Origin: Pelotomaculum sp.
GTDB taxonomy: Bacteria > Bacillota > Desulfotomaculia > Desulfotomaculales > Pelotomaculaceae
NCBI GenBank assembly: GCA_018435055.1
Contig: JAHDOA010000007.1
Location: forward strand, 31,853-95,852
Reading direction: 5' to 3'
DNA: 64,000 bases
Positions 35,899-44,791 of the stretch are shown here, in pieces. The translations under genes and the position numbers were made by a program. The notes beneath the pieces are model-generated. The model worked only from the letters and a program-made list of their open reading frames with translations. It had not been told where the DNA came from and made no database searches. Position 1 is the stretch's first letter. The number at the start of each line of letters is the position of its first letter.

Positions 35899-36546
35899 TT
35901 ATTTTTCTTCCAGGTCTTTCAGCTTATTGTTACGGCCAACCACTACCAGGACATCCCCCTCCCGCACCACCTGTTTGGCGCCAGGGGATATAATAACATC
36001 ATTACCCCGCCTGATGGCCAGCACAGTTACCCCGTGTTTCACCCTCAAAGCGCCTTCAGCAAGCGTTTTACCGAATAAACCATCCGGCGCCGTCATCTCG
36101 ATAATGCTGTAGTCAGGCGACAGGTTGATCTGGTCCATAATATTCTTCGAAACAAGAGCCTGGGCCACACGCACACCCATATCCCGCTCGGGAAAGATCA
36201 CCTTGTCGGCGCCGACCCTTTCCAGGACCTTTCCATGTAGTTCGGTTATAGCCTTGGACACCACTTTTTTAACACCCATGTCTTTGAGCATTACGGTAAC
36301 CAGGATGTTGCTCTGGACGTCCTGCCCGATAGCTACGATCACCACGTCGAAATTGCGGATGCCGAGCGCTCTTAGCGCCTGCTCATCCATGGCGTCCACC
36401 TGGACCGCGTGGGTAACCCTGTCCATGATGTTGTTTACTTTATCCTCGTTTGTGTCCACCGCCAGAACATCATACCCCATTCTGGCAAGTGTTAAGGCTA
36501 AACTTGACCCGAACCGTCCGAGGCCGATAACGGCAAATTGTTTCAT
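35899..36546 (-). CDS. TrkA/KtrA RCK regulatory subunit
   Basis: MKQFAVIGLGRFG, VIFPERDMG, C-terminal RCK_C. Confidence 0.93.
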   Translation of the reverse strand: MKQFAVIGLGRFGSSLALTLARMGYDVLAVDTNEDKVNNIMDRVTHAVQVDAMDEQALRALGIRNFDVVIVAIGQDVQSNILVTVMLKDMGVKKVVSKAITELHGKVLERVGADKVIFPERDMGVRVAQALVSKNIMDQINLSPDYSIIEMTAPDGLFGKTLAEGALRVKHGVTVLAIRRGNDVIISPGAKQVVREGDVLVVVGRNNKLKDLEEK

Positions 36547-36657
36547 TTTCCCAACCACCTATACTGTTTTTCTAACTTATTCTTTTATATACTGTGCGTT
36601 TCACCCTGGATATTATGTAACATATAAGTTATAGCATACTGCCAAACGCAACAGCTG

Positions 36658-36858
36658 CTATTGAATTTTGGGGATCTGGCATATATTTCTTTTCAATGAA
36701 AAAACTGTGCGCCGGCTGGTTTCTCTCACAGTATCCGCTACTGCCAGGATGCCGGCCAGCTTACCGTTTATTTCAACCATGATCGCTGTTTTACCTTCAG
36801 ACCAGAGCCGTTCCAGGCAAATTTTCCATCCTGAAAGATCGATCCCGTTTTCGGACAG
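36658..36858 (-). pseudogene. internal fragment of a P1B (CopA/ZntA-type) ATPase
   Basis: LSENGIDLSG...LERLWSEGKTAIMVEINGKLAGILAVADTVRETS; no start, RBS or other domains. Confidence 0.75.
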
Positions 36859-36861
36859 GTT

Positions 36862-37004
36862 TAAAAAACACCTTCATTTCCCGGCGAAGGTGTTTTTGAG
36901 AGGGAGGAGAAAGGTTAATTAAATATTTATTAACCTATAATAGCTATTAACTTGAAACGAGCCATAATCACTTTATGTTTATTTCAGCCACTGTTCATTA
37001 TCTA
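36862..37004 (-). ncRNA. candidate sRNA (about 140 nt) with an anti-SD tract
   Basis: TTGACA-N17-TATAAT promoter (37038-37010), CCTTTCTCCTCCCTCT tract, 10-bp terminator at 36866-36895. Confidence 0.5.
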
Positions 37005-37099
37005 TTGTTATTATAATAGCCATATTATATTGTGTCAAGTCATGTTAATTATTTTTTGGGTTAGTTTTTGTTTAGTCATGCTATGTTAAATAATGCGGC

Positions 37100-37456
37100 T
37101 CAAATTCTTTTTTTGTAACACACCAAATTTTCTCCGGCCAGTTTATCCTCCCAGAGCATTTGAAGTATTTCCAGCTCCGCACTGTAGTCAGTTTTTGATT
37201 CGTCCCGGTCATATTCCAGGTTTTCCAGGATTTCTATGTCGAAATTTTCGGGGCCAAATTCTTTCCATTCTTTTTGCAGTTCCTGGTTTGGATGGAGGCC
37301 GCCTTCCAGCCTGACTTTGGCGCCGTTGATCACGCCTCTTAAATCCTGGGTCGCTTTTAAAAAAAACTTGCTGTTGACCCTGGAGCGGACAATAAATATG
37401 CCCATCTGCGGCTTCATCTGCTTGTACTGCATTTTTAATTCCTTTTTTCTGTCCAT
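37100..37456 (-). CDS. GIY-YIG nuclease-like protein (small firmicute family)
   Basis: MDRKKELK..YKQ..PQMGIFIVRS...HPNQELQKEWKEFGPENF. Confidence 0.75.
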   Translation of the reverse strand: MDRKKELKMQYKQMKPQMGIFIVRSRVNSKFFLKATQDLRGVINGAKVRLEGGLHPNQELQKEWKEFGPENFDIEILENLEYDRDESKTDYSAELEILQMLWEDKLAGENLVCYKKRI

Positions 37457-37539
37457 CTAAAAAGTTGTCCTTTCCCAATTTTTGATGATCCCGGTATCGT
37501 CCAGGAAGACCGGGATGTTGATCTTTTTCTTCCTTCTGC

Positions 37540-38025
37540 TTATTTGCAATAACCCATCTCCCTCAATATCCTTGCTAAAGTAAAAAGCCGTTCTCCCAGG
37601 ATTTCGTCGTCGTTGCTCAGCGCCTGACTGAATAAGCTGATATCCTCATCGATCTTTTCATTATCAGTACATACTGCCACCGTCATGGCGTCGCCCTGTA
37701 AACCGACCCGGTCAATAACGGGTTTCCCGGTGTCATATAATTTCTCATACTGGTAAGCTTCCCGAAAATGCAGTTTTGCGCGGCAGACTAAAATGGCCAG
37801 ATCCAGTACACGGTGCAACGGCATTTCTTCTGACTGCCTGGACCACTTCTCACCTGTGTACCGCCATACTTTGGCTGATATATCCACCTTGCCCCGGTCA
37901 TTCCACTGGGCCAGGCCCAGTGAAAGACCCTTGGCGTCTGAGTTATAGGCGTGCCTGCCGTCAACATTTTCGTAATTCTCGCATACAATGACCGGTTTGT
38001 GCCTTAAATTAGCCGGTATTTTCAT
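37540..38025 (-). CDS. DUF6530-type conserved hypothetical protein
   Basis: MKIP..L.HKPVIV.ENYENVDGR..YNSDAKGLSLGLAQWNDRGKVDISAKVWR. Confidence 0.7.
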   Translation of the reverse strand: MKIPANLRHKPVIVCENYENVDGRHAYNSDAKGLSLGLAQWNDRGKVDISAKVWRYTGEKWSRQSEEMPLHRVLDLAILVCRAKLHFREAYQYEKLYDTGKPVIDRVGLQGDAMTVAVCTDNEKIDEDISLFSQALSNDDEILGERLFTLARILREMGYCK

Positions 38026-38043
38026 TTCCCTGCCCCCACTAAA

Positions 38044-38104
38044 CTACTAATTTACTAAGCTACTAGACTACTAAAATTATAGTCGCCCTCCCGTACACTG
38101 TCAA
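38044..38104 (-). promoter_or_regulatory. consensus SigA promoter with a 4 x 8-bp direct-repeat operator
   Basis: TTGACA (38104-38099)-N17-TATAAT (38081-38076); YTACTAR repeats at 38044, 38052, 38060 and 38068. Confidence 0.75.
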
Positions 38105-38167
38105 TAATGTAAAAAAATCCAGCCGAACGACGTTATAAGGAACATGTTTCCGCATATGCGACAAAGC

Positions 38168-38197
38168 TTGACAATAAGTTAGATATCTAACTATAAT
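38168..38197 (+). promoter_or_regulatory. SigA promoter with palindromic operator AGTTAGATATCTAACT
   Basis: TTGACA-N18-TATAAT; 16-bp palindrome at 38177-38192. Confidence 0.8.
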
Positions 38198-38236
38198 GCA
38201 AATATAAAAAAGGAACCCTTTTAAGATAAGGGAGAA

Positions 38237-38923
38237 TTGACGATGACAATTGAAGAGATTTACGAAAAATTTGATCAGATCGGATGTTTAACATTTGCCA
38301 CAATTGACGGGGATTATCCGGAAACCAGGATCGCCCATTTGTTTGCCTGGGATGAAGAGGGTTTGTATTTTCGAACCATGACGGTAAAACCATTTTACAA
38401 ACAACTGAAAGATACCGGGAAAATATCTATATGCGGCATGTCAGCTTCCCCGCATGTAGAGATAGGAGAAGACGGTCTGCCGAACTTTGCGCCCGGATAT
38501 ACAATTAAAGCAACAGGCGATGTGAAAGAAATATCATTTGCAGAATTGCAGGAAAAAGCAAGCAAGAAACCAATTTTTCAATTAGGGGTAAAGGATACCA
38601 TCAAATATCCGGATACGGTTACATTTTGTATCTATCGTTTCAAGGGCGATTATTACAATTATGATTATGATTGCCATAGCCGTGACCATAAGATTATAAG
38701 AGAACACTTTAATTTTGGAAATTTTCCCGACCGTTTTAAAGGATTGAAAATTAACGCGAAAACATGTACCAGATGCGGCAAATGTGAAGAAATATGTCAA
38801 TCAATTAATTTTAAAGCAGTATACCAAACTGAAATTGGATATGCAATCGATGTAGATAAATGCGATGTTTGTGGGAGCTGCGCCAGGGAATGCCCTGTAA
38901 ATGCTATTGAGTCCTATTGTTAA
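38237..38923 (+). CDS. pyridoxamine 5'-phosphate oxidase-like domain fused to a 2x[4Fe-4S] ferredoxin
   Basis: CLTFATIDGDYPETRI...LYFRT..KPFYKQL; CTRCGKCEEIC and CDVCGSCARECP. Confidence 0.85.
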   Translation: MTMTIEEIYEKFDQIGCLTFATIDGDYPETRIAHLFAWDEEGLYFRTMTVKPFYKQLKDTGKISICGMSASPHVEIGEDGLPNFAPGYTIKATGDVKEISFAELQEKASKKPIFQLGVKDTIKYPDTVTFCIYRFKGDYYNYDYDCHSRDHKIIREHFNFGNFPDRFKGLKINAKTCTRCGKCEEICQSINFKAVYQTEIGYAIDVDKCDVCGSCARECPVNAIESYC

Positions 38924-39000
38924 AAGACAGGCCTCCCCGCCTGCCCCCCGGGCGCGAGGCACATATTCGCCCGGGGGAACACATTATCTATGCTTTTGCT

Positions 39001-41004
39001 TTAGTCATGTACTGTCAGGCTGCTGACTTTTCCGTTCTGTAAAACAATTGCAACCTCCGCATCGTCGTCTATATCTCTCAGTTTGATTTTATCTCCACGC
39101 TTGTCTTCCAGGAGCGGGACACGGACAAAGCTGTAAGTAAACCTGTTGCCGCTTACCTGTTCTATCTTTATCTTGTTATCGCCCTCACTAACGTATATTA
39201 CTGTTCCTGCCAGAGTAATGTCTTGATCGTTGGTTATTTCAATCCTTGTAACATAATTGTCGTCATTCACCCGGATTTTGACTTCAGCGCCGATTACAAT
39301 ATCACTCAGGCTGATGCTTTTACCTTCCCGGTAATATTCTGCGTTTCTTGCTAAATTATATTGCATCCTGCTGCCGTTGCTTTTTCTAATCCTGATCATT
39401 TTTTGCGAGCCGTCAGTTATTAGATCATTGACCGCGCCTTCTATGACAGAGTATTTTTCCATTACCTCGATATAGTAAACGCGGTCTTTGCTGTTCAATT
39501 TCAGCCTTGCCCATTCTCCTATATCCAGGTCATTAAAATCAATATCGCGGCTGTCCCGTACCACATCAACGTCGTCAAGCACAATATATCTCACATCTTT
39601 TCCCTCATCGTCCCGCAAGGTTATCCGCAGGGTCCCTCTGACAGTAAGATCTCTTATTTCTCCTTCTACTTGACTGGTGACTGACTCAAGCACCCTGATG
39701 CGGGAAACAAGGCCTTTGCTGTTCAGCTCCAGTCTTACCAACTCCCCTATCTCCAGGTCGTCAAAATCAATATCATAGCCGTCTCTTTCCACAGCAACGA
39801 TGCCGGCCACAACACATTTTACATTTTTCCCCGCATCATCCCGTATGGTTATCCCCGGGGTCCCCCTGCTATTCAGCTCATTTATTACACCTTTTAAAAT
39901 GGCGGGCGATGCAAGAAAATTAATTACAGTGATTTTGTTGTCTAAAATTTGGACTTCTATATACTCTCCCTTAACCAGCGCGGAAACATCCACACGGCCG
40001 CCTGTTTTATCAACTTTAACGCCGTCTGCCACCGCTCTGGTTATTTCTTGCCCGTCATCGCACACGAGGCCCAGCCAATATTGGCCGTCAATTGTCAGGA
40101 TGGAATTCACCACGCCCCTGTATTTTTGGCCATCATCCTGCAGCCGGGCGTTAATATAAACAGCATACAGGCTCTCATCTAAAATAAGCTGTACCGCGTC
40201 CCCGGCCTTGAGCTCGTCCGGGGCTATATTATTCCCGTTTTTAAAAACCTCACAGTCGGCAGTATAGAATATGCTGCCGTGATCCTTGATTTTTATCATC
40301 CGGCCGGCCAGGTCAATGTCTGAAATGACACCGTTTGTACGACGGTTAGCGCAGGGGTCGGCATATTTAAGCCCTACAATGTTAGACATCAGAACAGCCA
40401 TCTGAGCCCGGTTAATATTGTCATTGGGTTTGAATACATTGCCGGGCAATCCCTGCATAATGCCGTTCTTGACCACCGCAGCCACCCCATCCCTGTATTT
40501 ACCCGGTATTTGGTCCGCATCGCTAAATTCCAGTGCGCCGCTTTCCGGTTCAAATTCAAGGGCGTGGAAAGCCAGCATGGCCACTTCCGTACGGGTCGCC
40601 GGGGCGTTTGGCTGCAACAGGTAGAGATAGTCCCCATCCAGTATACCCAGGTTAACTGCCATAATTAGGTAACCCCTGCCCCAGTAAAGGTCAGAGGGCA
40701 TCCTATAATCAACAGGGTCCTCTTCAGCCGCCTTTGCCTGATCTTCCAGTCCGAGCATCCGGATCAGCATAGTCACCGCTTCCAGCATGGTGACATTGTT
40801 ATATGGCTTGTAAATAGCTCCCGGGTAGCCGGCAACTACTCCGCTGGCTGCCATTTCAGCTATAGCCTGCCGGGCCCACGAGGCTTCCTCCAAATCCACA
40901 AGCTTGCTTCCCTCAGCTTTTAACGCCTCTCCTCCGGCAAGGGTTAATAATACCGCCAACACCAGGACCAGAGAACAAAATCTTATATTCCTAAAAATCG
41001 ACAA
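39001..41004 (-). CDS. S-layer homology domain surface protein with repeated beta domains
   Basis: signal peptide, three SLH repeats (GYPGAIYKP.NNVT, ATRTEVA, GLPGNVFKPNDNINRAQMA), tandem repeats of about 75 aa. Confidence 0.9.
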   Translation of the reverse strand: MSIFRNIRFCSLVLVLAVLLTLAGGEALKAEGSKLVDLEEASWARQAIAEMAASGVVAGYPGAIYKPYNNVTMLEAVTMLIRMLGLEDQAKAAEEDPVDYRMPSDLYWGRGYLIMAVNLGILDGDYLYLLQPNAPATRTEVAMLAFHALEFEPESGALEFSDADQIPGKYRDGVAAVVKNGIMQGLPGNVFKPNDNINRAQMAVLMSNIVGLKYADPCANRRTNGVISDIDLAGRMIKIKDHGSIFYTADCEVFKNGNNIAPDELKAGDAVQLILDESLYAVYINARLQDDGQKYRGVVNSILTIDGQYWLGLVCDDGQEITRAVADGVKVDKTGGRVDVSALVKGEYIEVQILDNKITVINFLASPAILKGVINELNSRGTPGITIRDDAGKNVKCVVAGIVAVERDGYDIDFDDLEIGELVRLELNSKGLVSRIRVLESVTSQVEGEIRDLTVRGTLRITLRDDEGKDVRYIVLDDVDVVRDSRDIDFNDLDIGEWARLKLNSKDRVYYIEVMEKYSVIEGAVNDLITDGSQKMIRIRKSNGSRMQYNLARNAEYYREGKSISLSDIVIGAEVKIRVNDDNYVTRIEITNDQDITLAGTVIYVSEGDNKIKIEQVSGNRFTYSFVRVPLLEDKRGDKIKLRDIDDDAEVAIVLQNGKVSSLTVHD

Positions 41005-41079
41005 GCACTATCCCTCCCCAAAAAAAATTTTATAAGCTGCCATTTGCATCACTGACACGGCCTGTACCATGTCTATATA

Positions 41080-41107
41080 CTTCCATCCCCAGGCACAATT
41101 TTCCTAC
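41080..41107 (-). promoter_or_regulatory. SigH-like promoter for the SLH gene
   Basis: GTAGGAAAA-N12-ATGGAAG. Confidence 0.45.
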
Positions 41108-41262
41108 CGCCAGCAAGGAAATATAATATCGAATGATTGTGTCAGGCTGCTATATTATTTTTTCAAAAAAGATAGCGGCGGGTATGCACCCGCCAGATCC
41201 ACTAATTTTCATGGTATAATATGATAGTTGACCGTTAAGCCACATTCAACTGGAGGTTATAC

Positions 41263-41727
41263 GTGAATAATATTTTTTTCTACCAGACCGGTATCGGAGA
41301 AATCGGCATTGCAGAAAACGGGGGTAGCATAACAAATTTATTTTTTGCAAAAGAACAAATACCCCGCAACAACATTATCTTTGAAACCGGCATATTAAAA
41401 GAAGCAGCCAGGCAACTGCAGGGCTACCTGGCGGGCCAGCTGAAAGAATTTGACCTGCCGCTTGCTCTGGGCGGCACGGAGTTTATGCGGCGTGTATGGA
41501 AAAGCCTGCTTAATATACCTTATGGCGAAACCCGGAGCTACCAGGAAATAGCTCTAAGCGTGGGAAACAAAAACGCCTCAAGGGCGGTAGGACATGCCTG
41601 TAAGCAGAACCCGATCCCGGTTATTATCCCCTGCCACCGGGTGATCGGGGCCAATGGAAAGCTGACCGGCTTTGGGGGAGGGCTTGATCTCAAAGCTCAC
41701 CTGCTGGATTTAGAAAAGACTAAATAA
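41263..41727 (+). CDS. ogt: methylated-DNA-protein-cysteine methyltransferase
   Basis: IPYGETRSY, RAVG, IPCHRV active site. Confidence 0.95.
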   Translation: MNNIFFYQTGIGEIGIAENGGSITNLFFAKEQIPRNNIIFETGILKEAARQLQGYLAGQLKEFDLPLALGGTEFMRRVWKSLLNIPYGETRSYQEIALSVGNKNASRAVGHACKQNPIPVIIPCHRVIGANGKLTGFGGGLDLKAHLLDLEKTK

Positions 41728-41735
41728 CCCCGGGG

Positions 41736-42884
41736 TCACCAGGAACTTTCCCCTGATTCTTTTATTTCAGATTCGCCCAGGGGCAGGCTTATTTGAAAAG
41801 TACTGCCCTGACCGGGTTCACTCTGGACGGTAATCTTTCCATTGTGCATGTCCACGATTTTTTTGACGATAGACAGCCCGATACCCGTGCCGCTCACTTT
41901 TCGCGTGGCGGGGTTGTCAACTCTATAGAACTGGTCGAATATTTTCCCGTGTTCTTCACGGCTCATGCCGATGCCGCTGTCCCGTACCGTAATAACCGCT
42001 TTATCTCCCGACGCCTCAGCGGATAAATGCACAAATCCTTTTTCTGTATATTTAATCGCGTTGGAAACAAGGTTGGTGATTACCTGGTATAACCTGTCCC
42101 TGTCCCCGGCCACATATAACTGCTGCGGCAGATCAGTTTTAAGTTCCAGCCCTTTTTGTTCCGCCTCAAAAGCAAAAAGGCGCTGCGCCTGCTGCAGCAA
42201 GGGAACAAAGTCTACCGGCCGGGGGGTAAAAGAAAACTCGGTAGCCTCAAAACGGGCCAGTTCCGACAGGTCACCCAGGAGCTTGTTCAGGCGGTCGCAC
42301 TCTTCCAGGGCGCTGCCCAGGAAATCTTTCTGCGTTTCGTTCAAACTACCCGCGTCACCGGCTAATACCAGTTCCAGAAAGCCCTTGATTACGGTCAGAG
42401 GCGCTTTAAGGTCGTGGGTGACAGCTGACAGGAAACTGGCCTTGGTCTCCCTCAGTTCCTGCAGCAGTGTTACGTCCCGGAATACTTCTATGCCGCCGAT
42501 TACTTCTCCGTTATCCCCCATGATGGGCGCCACGCTTACTTCTACAATTACACGTGAGCCATCACGCCGCTTGGCCCGTACCAGGACCGGCTTGTCGCCG
42601 GGCGCCCCCTTGACCATGCACTGGTGCAGGGGACACAGGTCGCTTTCACAAAGCTGGTTCCCGTTTACATCAACATGGTTCAATATATTATTGGAACATT
42701 TGTGTCCAAGGGTGTGTTCAGCGCTAAAACCGGTAATTTCCTCGCAGGCCCGGTTCCAAAAAATAATCTTCCTGTTCCGGTCAGTCATATATACCCCGTC
42801 AGCTATACTGAGCAGAACGCGTCTAAAATTGTTGGTGTCGCTTAATAGAGTGCCTTCAAGCAAGTGCATTTCACCCTTGGACAA
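41736..42884 (-). CDS. soluble PAS-domain sensor histidine kinase (orphan)
   Basis: PAS, H-box HDLKAPL, N-box NLVSNAIKY, G-boxes DSGIG and GTGIGL; no TM helix and no adjacent response regulator. Confidence 0.9.
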   Translation of the reverse strand: MSKGEMHLLEGTLLSDTNNFRRVLLSIADGVYMTDRNRKIIFWNRACEEITGFSAEHTLGHKCSNNILNHVDVNGNQLCESDLCPLHQCMVKGAPGDKPVLVRAKRRDGSRVIVEVSVAPIMGDNGEVIGGIEVFRDVTLLQELRETKASFLSAVTHDLKAPLTVIKGFLELVLAGDAGSLNETQKDFLGSALEECDRLNKLLGDLSELARFEATEFSFTPRPVDFVPLLQQAQRLFAFEAEQKGLELKTDLPQQLYVAGDRDRLYQVITNLVSNAIKYTEKGFVHLSAEASGDKAVITVRDSGIGMSREEHGKIFDQFYRVDNPATRKVSGTGIGLSIVKKIVDMHNGKITVQSEPGQGSTFQISLPLGESEIKESGESSW

Positions 42885-43130
42885 TTACCAACACCCCCCG
42901 TTGAGTAACAAACGATTATGGGTTTCCATAATATCTTCAACAAAACAAGTCCTTTCCCTTTATCAAAGATACCCATACGGATTTTTACCACAGCAGGTAA
43001 AACGCAAACGGCCCTAATTGTCTTATCACTACCATATACAATAAGGGCCGTCTCTTCCCCGGGTTTCATTTGTTTGTTTTCCTGTCATATCAGGGTATAA
43101 TCCATATCCCCGCCCACCGGCATCTATCAG

Positions 43131-43160
43131 AAAAGAAGCAGCGCGGGAACAATCCCGCGC
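43131..43160 (-). terminator. terminator after mrp
   Basis: GCGCGGGA-N4-TCCCGCGC then TGCTTCTTTT. Confidence 0.6.
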
Positions 43161-43220
43161 CTCCTTGCTCAATATTATCAAACACATTTGCACCTTTCCA
43201 GGCGCCTTCGCTTAAAGCTG

Positions 43221-44075
43221 TCAGCAGCCACGACCGCCTGACACGTCCGGCATCTCCAGAATGTCGGCCGCATTTTCCAGCCAGTCCCCTTCATAAAGCT
43301 CAACCAGCCCTCTGTCGCAGGCTGTCGCAAGCCTTGGCTCGATAGGCAGCCTGGCCAGCACGTCGATTTTAGACTGCCGCGCGATTTCCTCAATGTGGCT
43401 GTTACCGAATATTTGATGTTCTTTCCCGCAGTCAGGACATTTGAAATACGCCATGTTTTCAACTATACCGGTAATCGGTATATCCATCATTTTGGCCATT
43501 TTTACCGCCTTGGACACTATCATTGAAACCAGTTCCTGGGGAGATGTCACAATTATTATCCCGTCAACAGGTATCGATTGAAACACGGTAAGAGCCACGT
43601 CCCCCGTTCCAGGCGGCATATCAATAAACATGTAATCCACGTCGCCCCAGATCACATCTGTCCAGAACTGCTTTACTGTGTTCCCGATAATGGGGCCCCT
43701 CCAGACAACCGGGTCCGTTTCATCCGGCAGCAGCAGGTTTATCGACATGATTTCGACGCCAGTTTTGCTCTTTGTCGGCAGCAGGCCGAAATCATTCCCC
43801 GTTGCTTTCTCCCTGATACCAAAGGCCTTGGGTATGGACGGCCCGGTAACGTCCGCATCCAGGATGGCCGTATTGTAGCCCCTCCTTTTCATCGTTACGG
43901 CAAGCAATGACGTTACCAGCGATTTGCCGACTCCTCCCTTGCCGCTGACAATGCCGATGACTTTCTTCATATTGCTCATTTCGTGGGGCCTGGCGAAAAG
44001 ATCTTGCGGTGTCTCCTTTCTTTCAGCGCAGTCTTCACCGCAGGCGCTGCATTTTTGGTCACAGTCTTTGCTCAT
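43221..44075 (-). CDS. Mrp/NBP35 Fe-S cluster carrier ATPase
   Basis: SGKGGVGKS, DADVTGPS, DMPPGTGD, CPDC; Cys-rich N-terminus. Confidence 0.93.
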   Translation of the reverse strand: MSKDCDQKCSACGEDCAERKETPQDLFARPHEMSNMKKVIGIVSGKGGVGKSLVTSLLAVTMKRRGYNTAILDADVTGPSIPKAFGIREKATGNDFGLLPTKSKTGVEIMSINLLLPDETDPVVWRGPIIGNTVKQFWTDVIWGDVDYMFIDMPPGTGDVALTVFQSIPVDGIIIVTSPQELVSMIVSKAVKMAKMMDIPITGIVENMAYFKCPDCGKEHQIFGNSHIEEIARQSKIDVLARLPIEPRLATACDRGLVELYEGDWLENAADILEMPDVSGGRGC

Positions 44076-44112
44076 ATCCTCTCTCCTTTATGATTATATG
44101 TCATTTGGATTT

Positions 44113-44472
44113 TTAGATCAGCTTTTGCCCGGCCCTGTGCCTGAAACACCTGCCGCACCCGTGTAACTGTTCGCTGCCGTCGCAAAGCTTATAATCCCCA
44201 CCCTCAATCTTCAGCATATTTCCCCTGACCAGGAATGCCGCGATTTTCCTGCGGGCTTCATTATAGCTCCTCTGAACGGTGGTGCGGGCAACATTCATTC
44301 TTTCCGCGCACTCTTCCTGCGTCATCGCTTCTAAATCTATGAGGCGGATGGTTTCAAATTCATCTATAGTCATGATGATCTTTTCCCCAGTCGGGCGATG
44401 CGCGTTAAGCGGCCCGAACAAGCTGTTTTCCGGCAGGTTGCATACCTTTCTCCGTTTTCTCGGCCGGGGCAT
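44113..44472 (-). CDS. DUF134 family HTH protein
   Basis: [12 protein letters not shown]....FGP...[27 protein letters not shown]...IEGGDY. Confidence 0.9.
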   Translation of the reverse strand: MPRPRKRRKVCNLPENSLFGPLNAHRPTGEKIIMTIDEFETIRLIDLEAMTQEECAERMNVARTTVQRSYNEARRKIAAFLVRGNMLKIEGGDYKLCDGSEQLHGCGRCFRHRAGQKLI

Positions 44473-44501
44473 GATTTATTCACCTCAAGTATGTAATGTA
44501 A

Positions 44502-44527
44502 GTAACAGGGGATTGTCCCCCTGTCAC
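44502..44527. repeat. REP-related hairpin
   Basis: minus strand GTGACAGGGGGACAATCCCCTGTTAC; shares the GGGGAC core. Confidence 0.5.
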
Positions 44528-44546
44528 TTATGTTATTATGTTTCCC

Positions 44547-44661
44547 TTATAAATTTTCCAACTGTTTGCTGATGATGTCAAGCCTGTCTTGGAGAAGTTA
44601 CTTTTGTTCTTCCAGCAGACGGCTCATATCCTATCGGGCCAGTGCCGTCTCCCCCTGGCAT
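44547..44661 (-). pseudogene. DUF5320-type gene remnant
   Basis: RBS then MPGGDGTGPIG; in a shifted frame LLEEQK*LLQDRLDIISKQLENL*; Gly-rich middle deleted. Confidence 0.7.
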
Positions 44662-44791
44662 GTTCGTTACCCCCCTTCATGGTTATTGACATATGTCCTT
44701 TATAATTCTATTATACGTCCATATGAACGTAGGTCAATAACTAATACTGTGCCCTCGACTATTTTTTATTACTTTAAACGCATCATTACTG

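Noticed and set aside
41965-43017. 350-aa plus-strand ORF
   Set aside because: Antisense shadow of the histidine kinase; Ser/Arg-rich composition typical of a non-coding frame.
42842-43069. 75-aa ORF upstream of the kinase
   Set aside because: No RBS or family; it runs through a long hairpin (43008-43051) more likely to be an RNA structure.
44578-44661. Selenocysteine read-through of the TGA in the DUF5320 remnant
   Set aside because: The homologous C-terminus is in another frame, so this is a frameshifted pseudogene.
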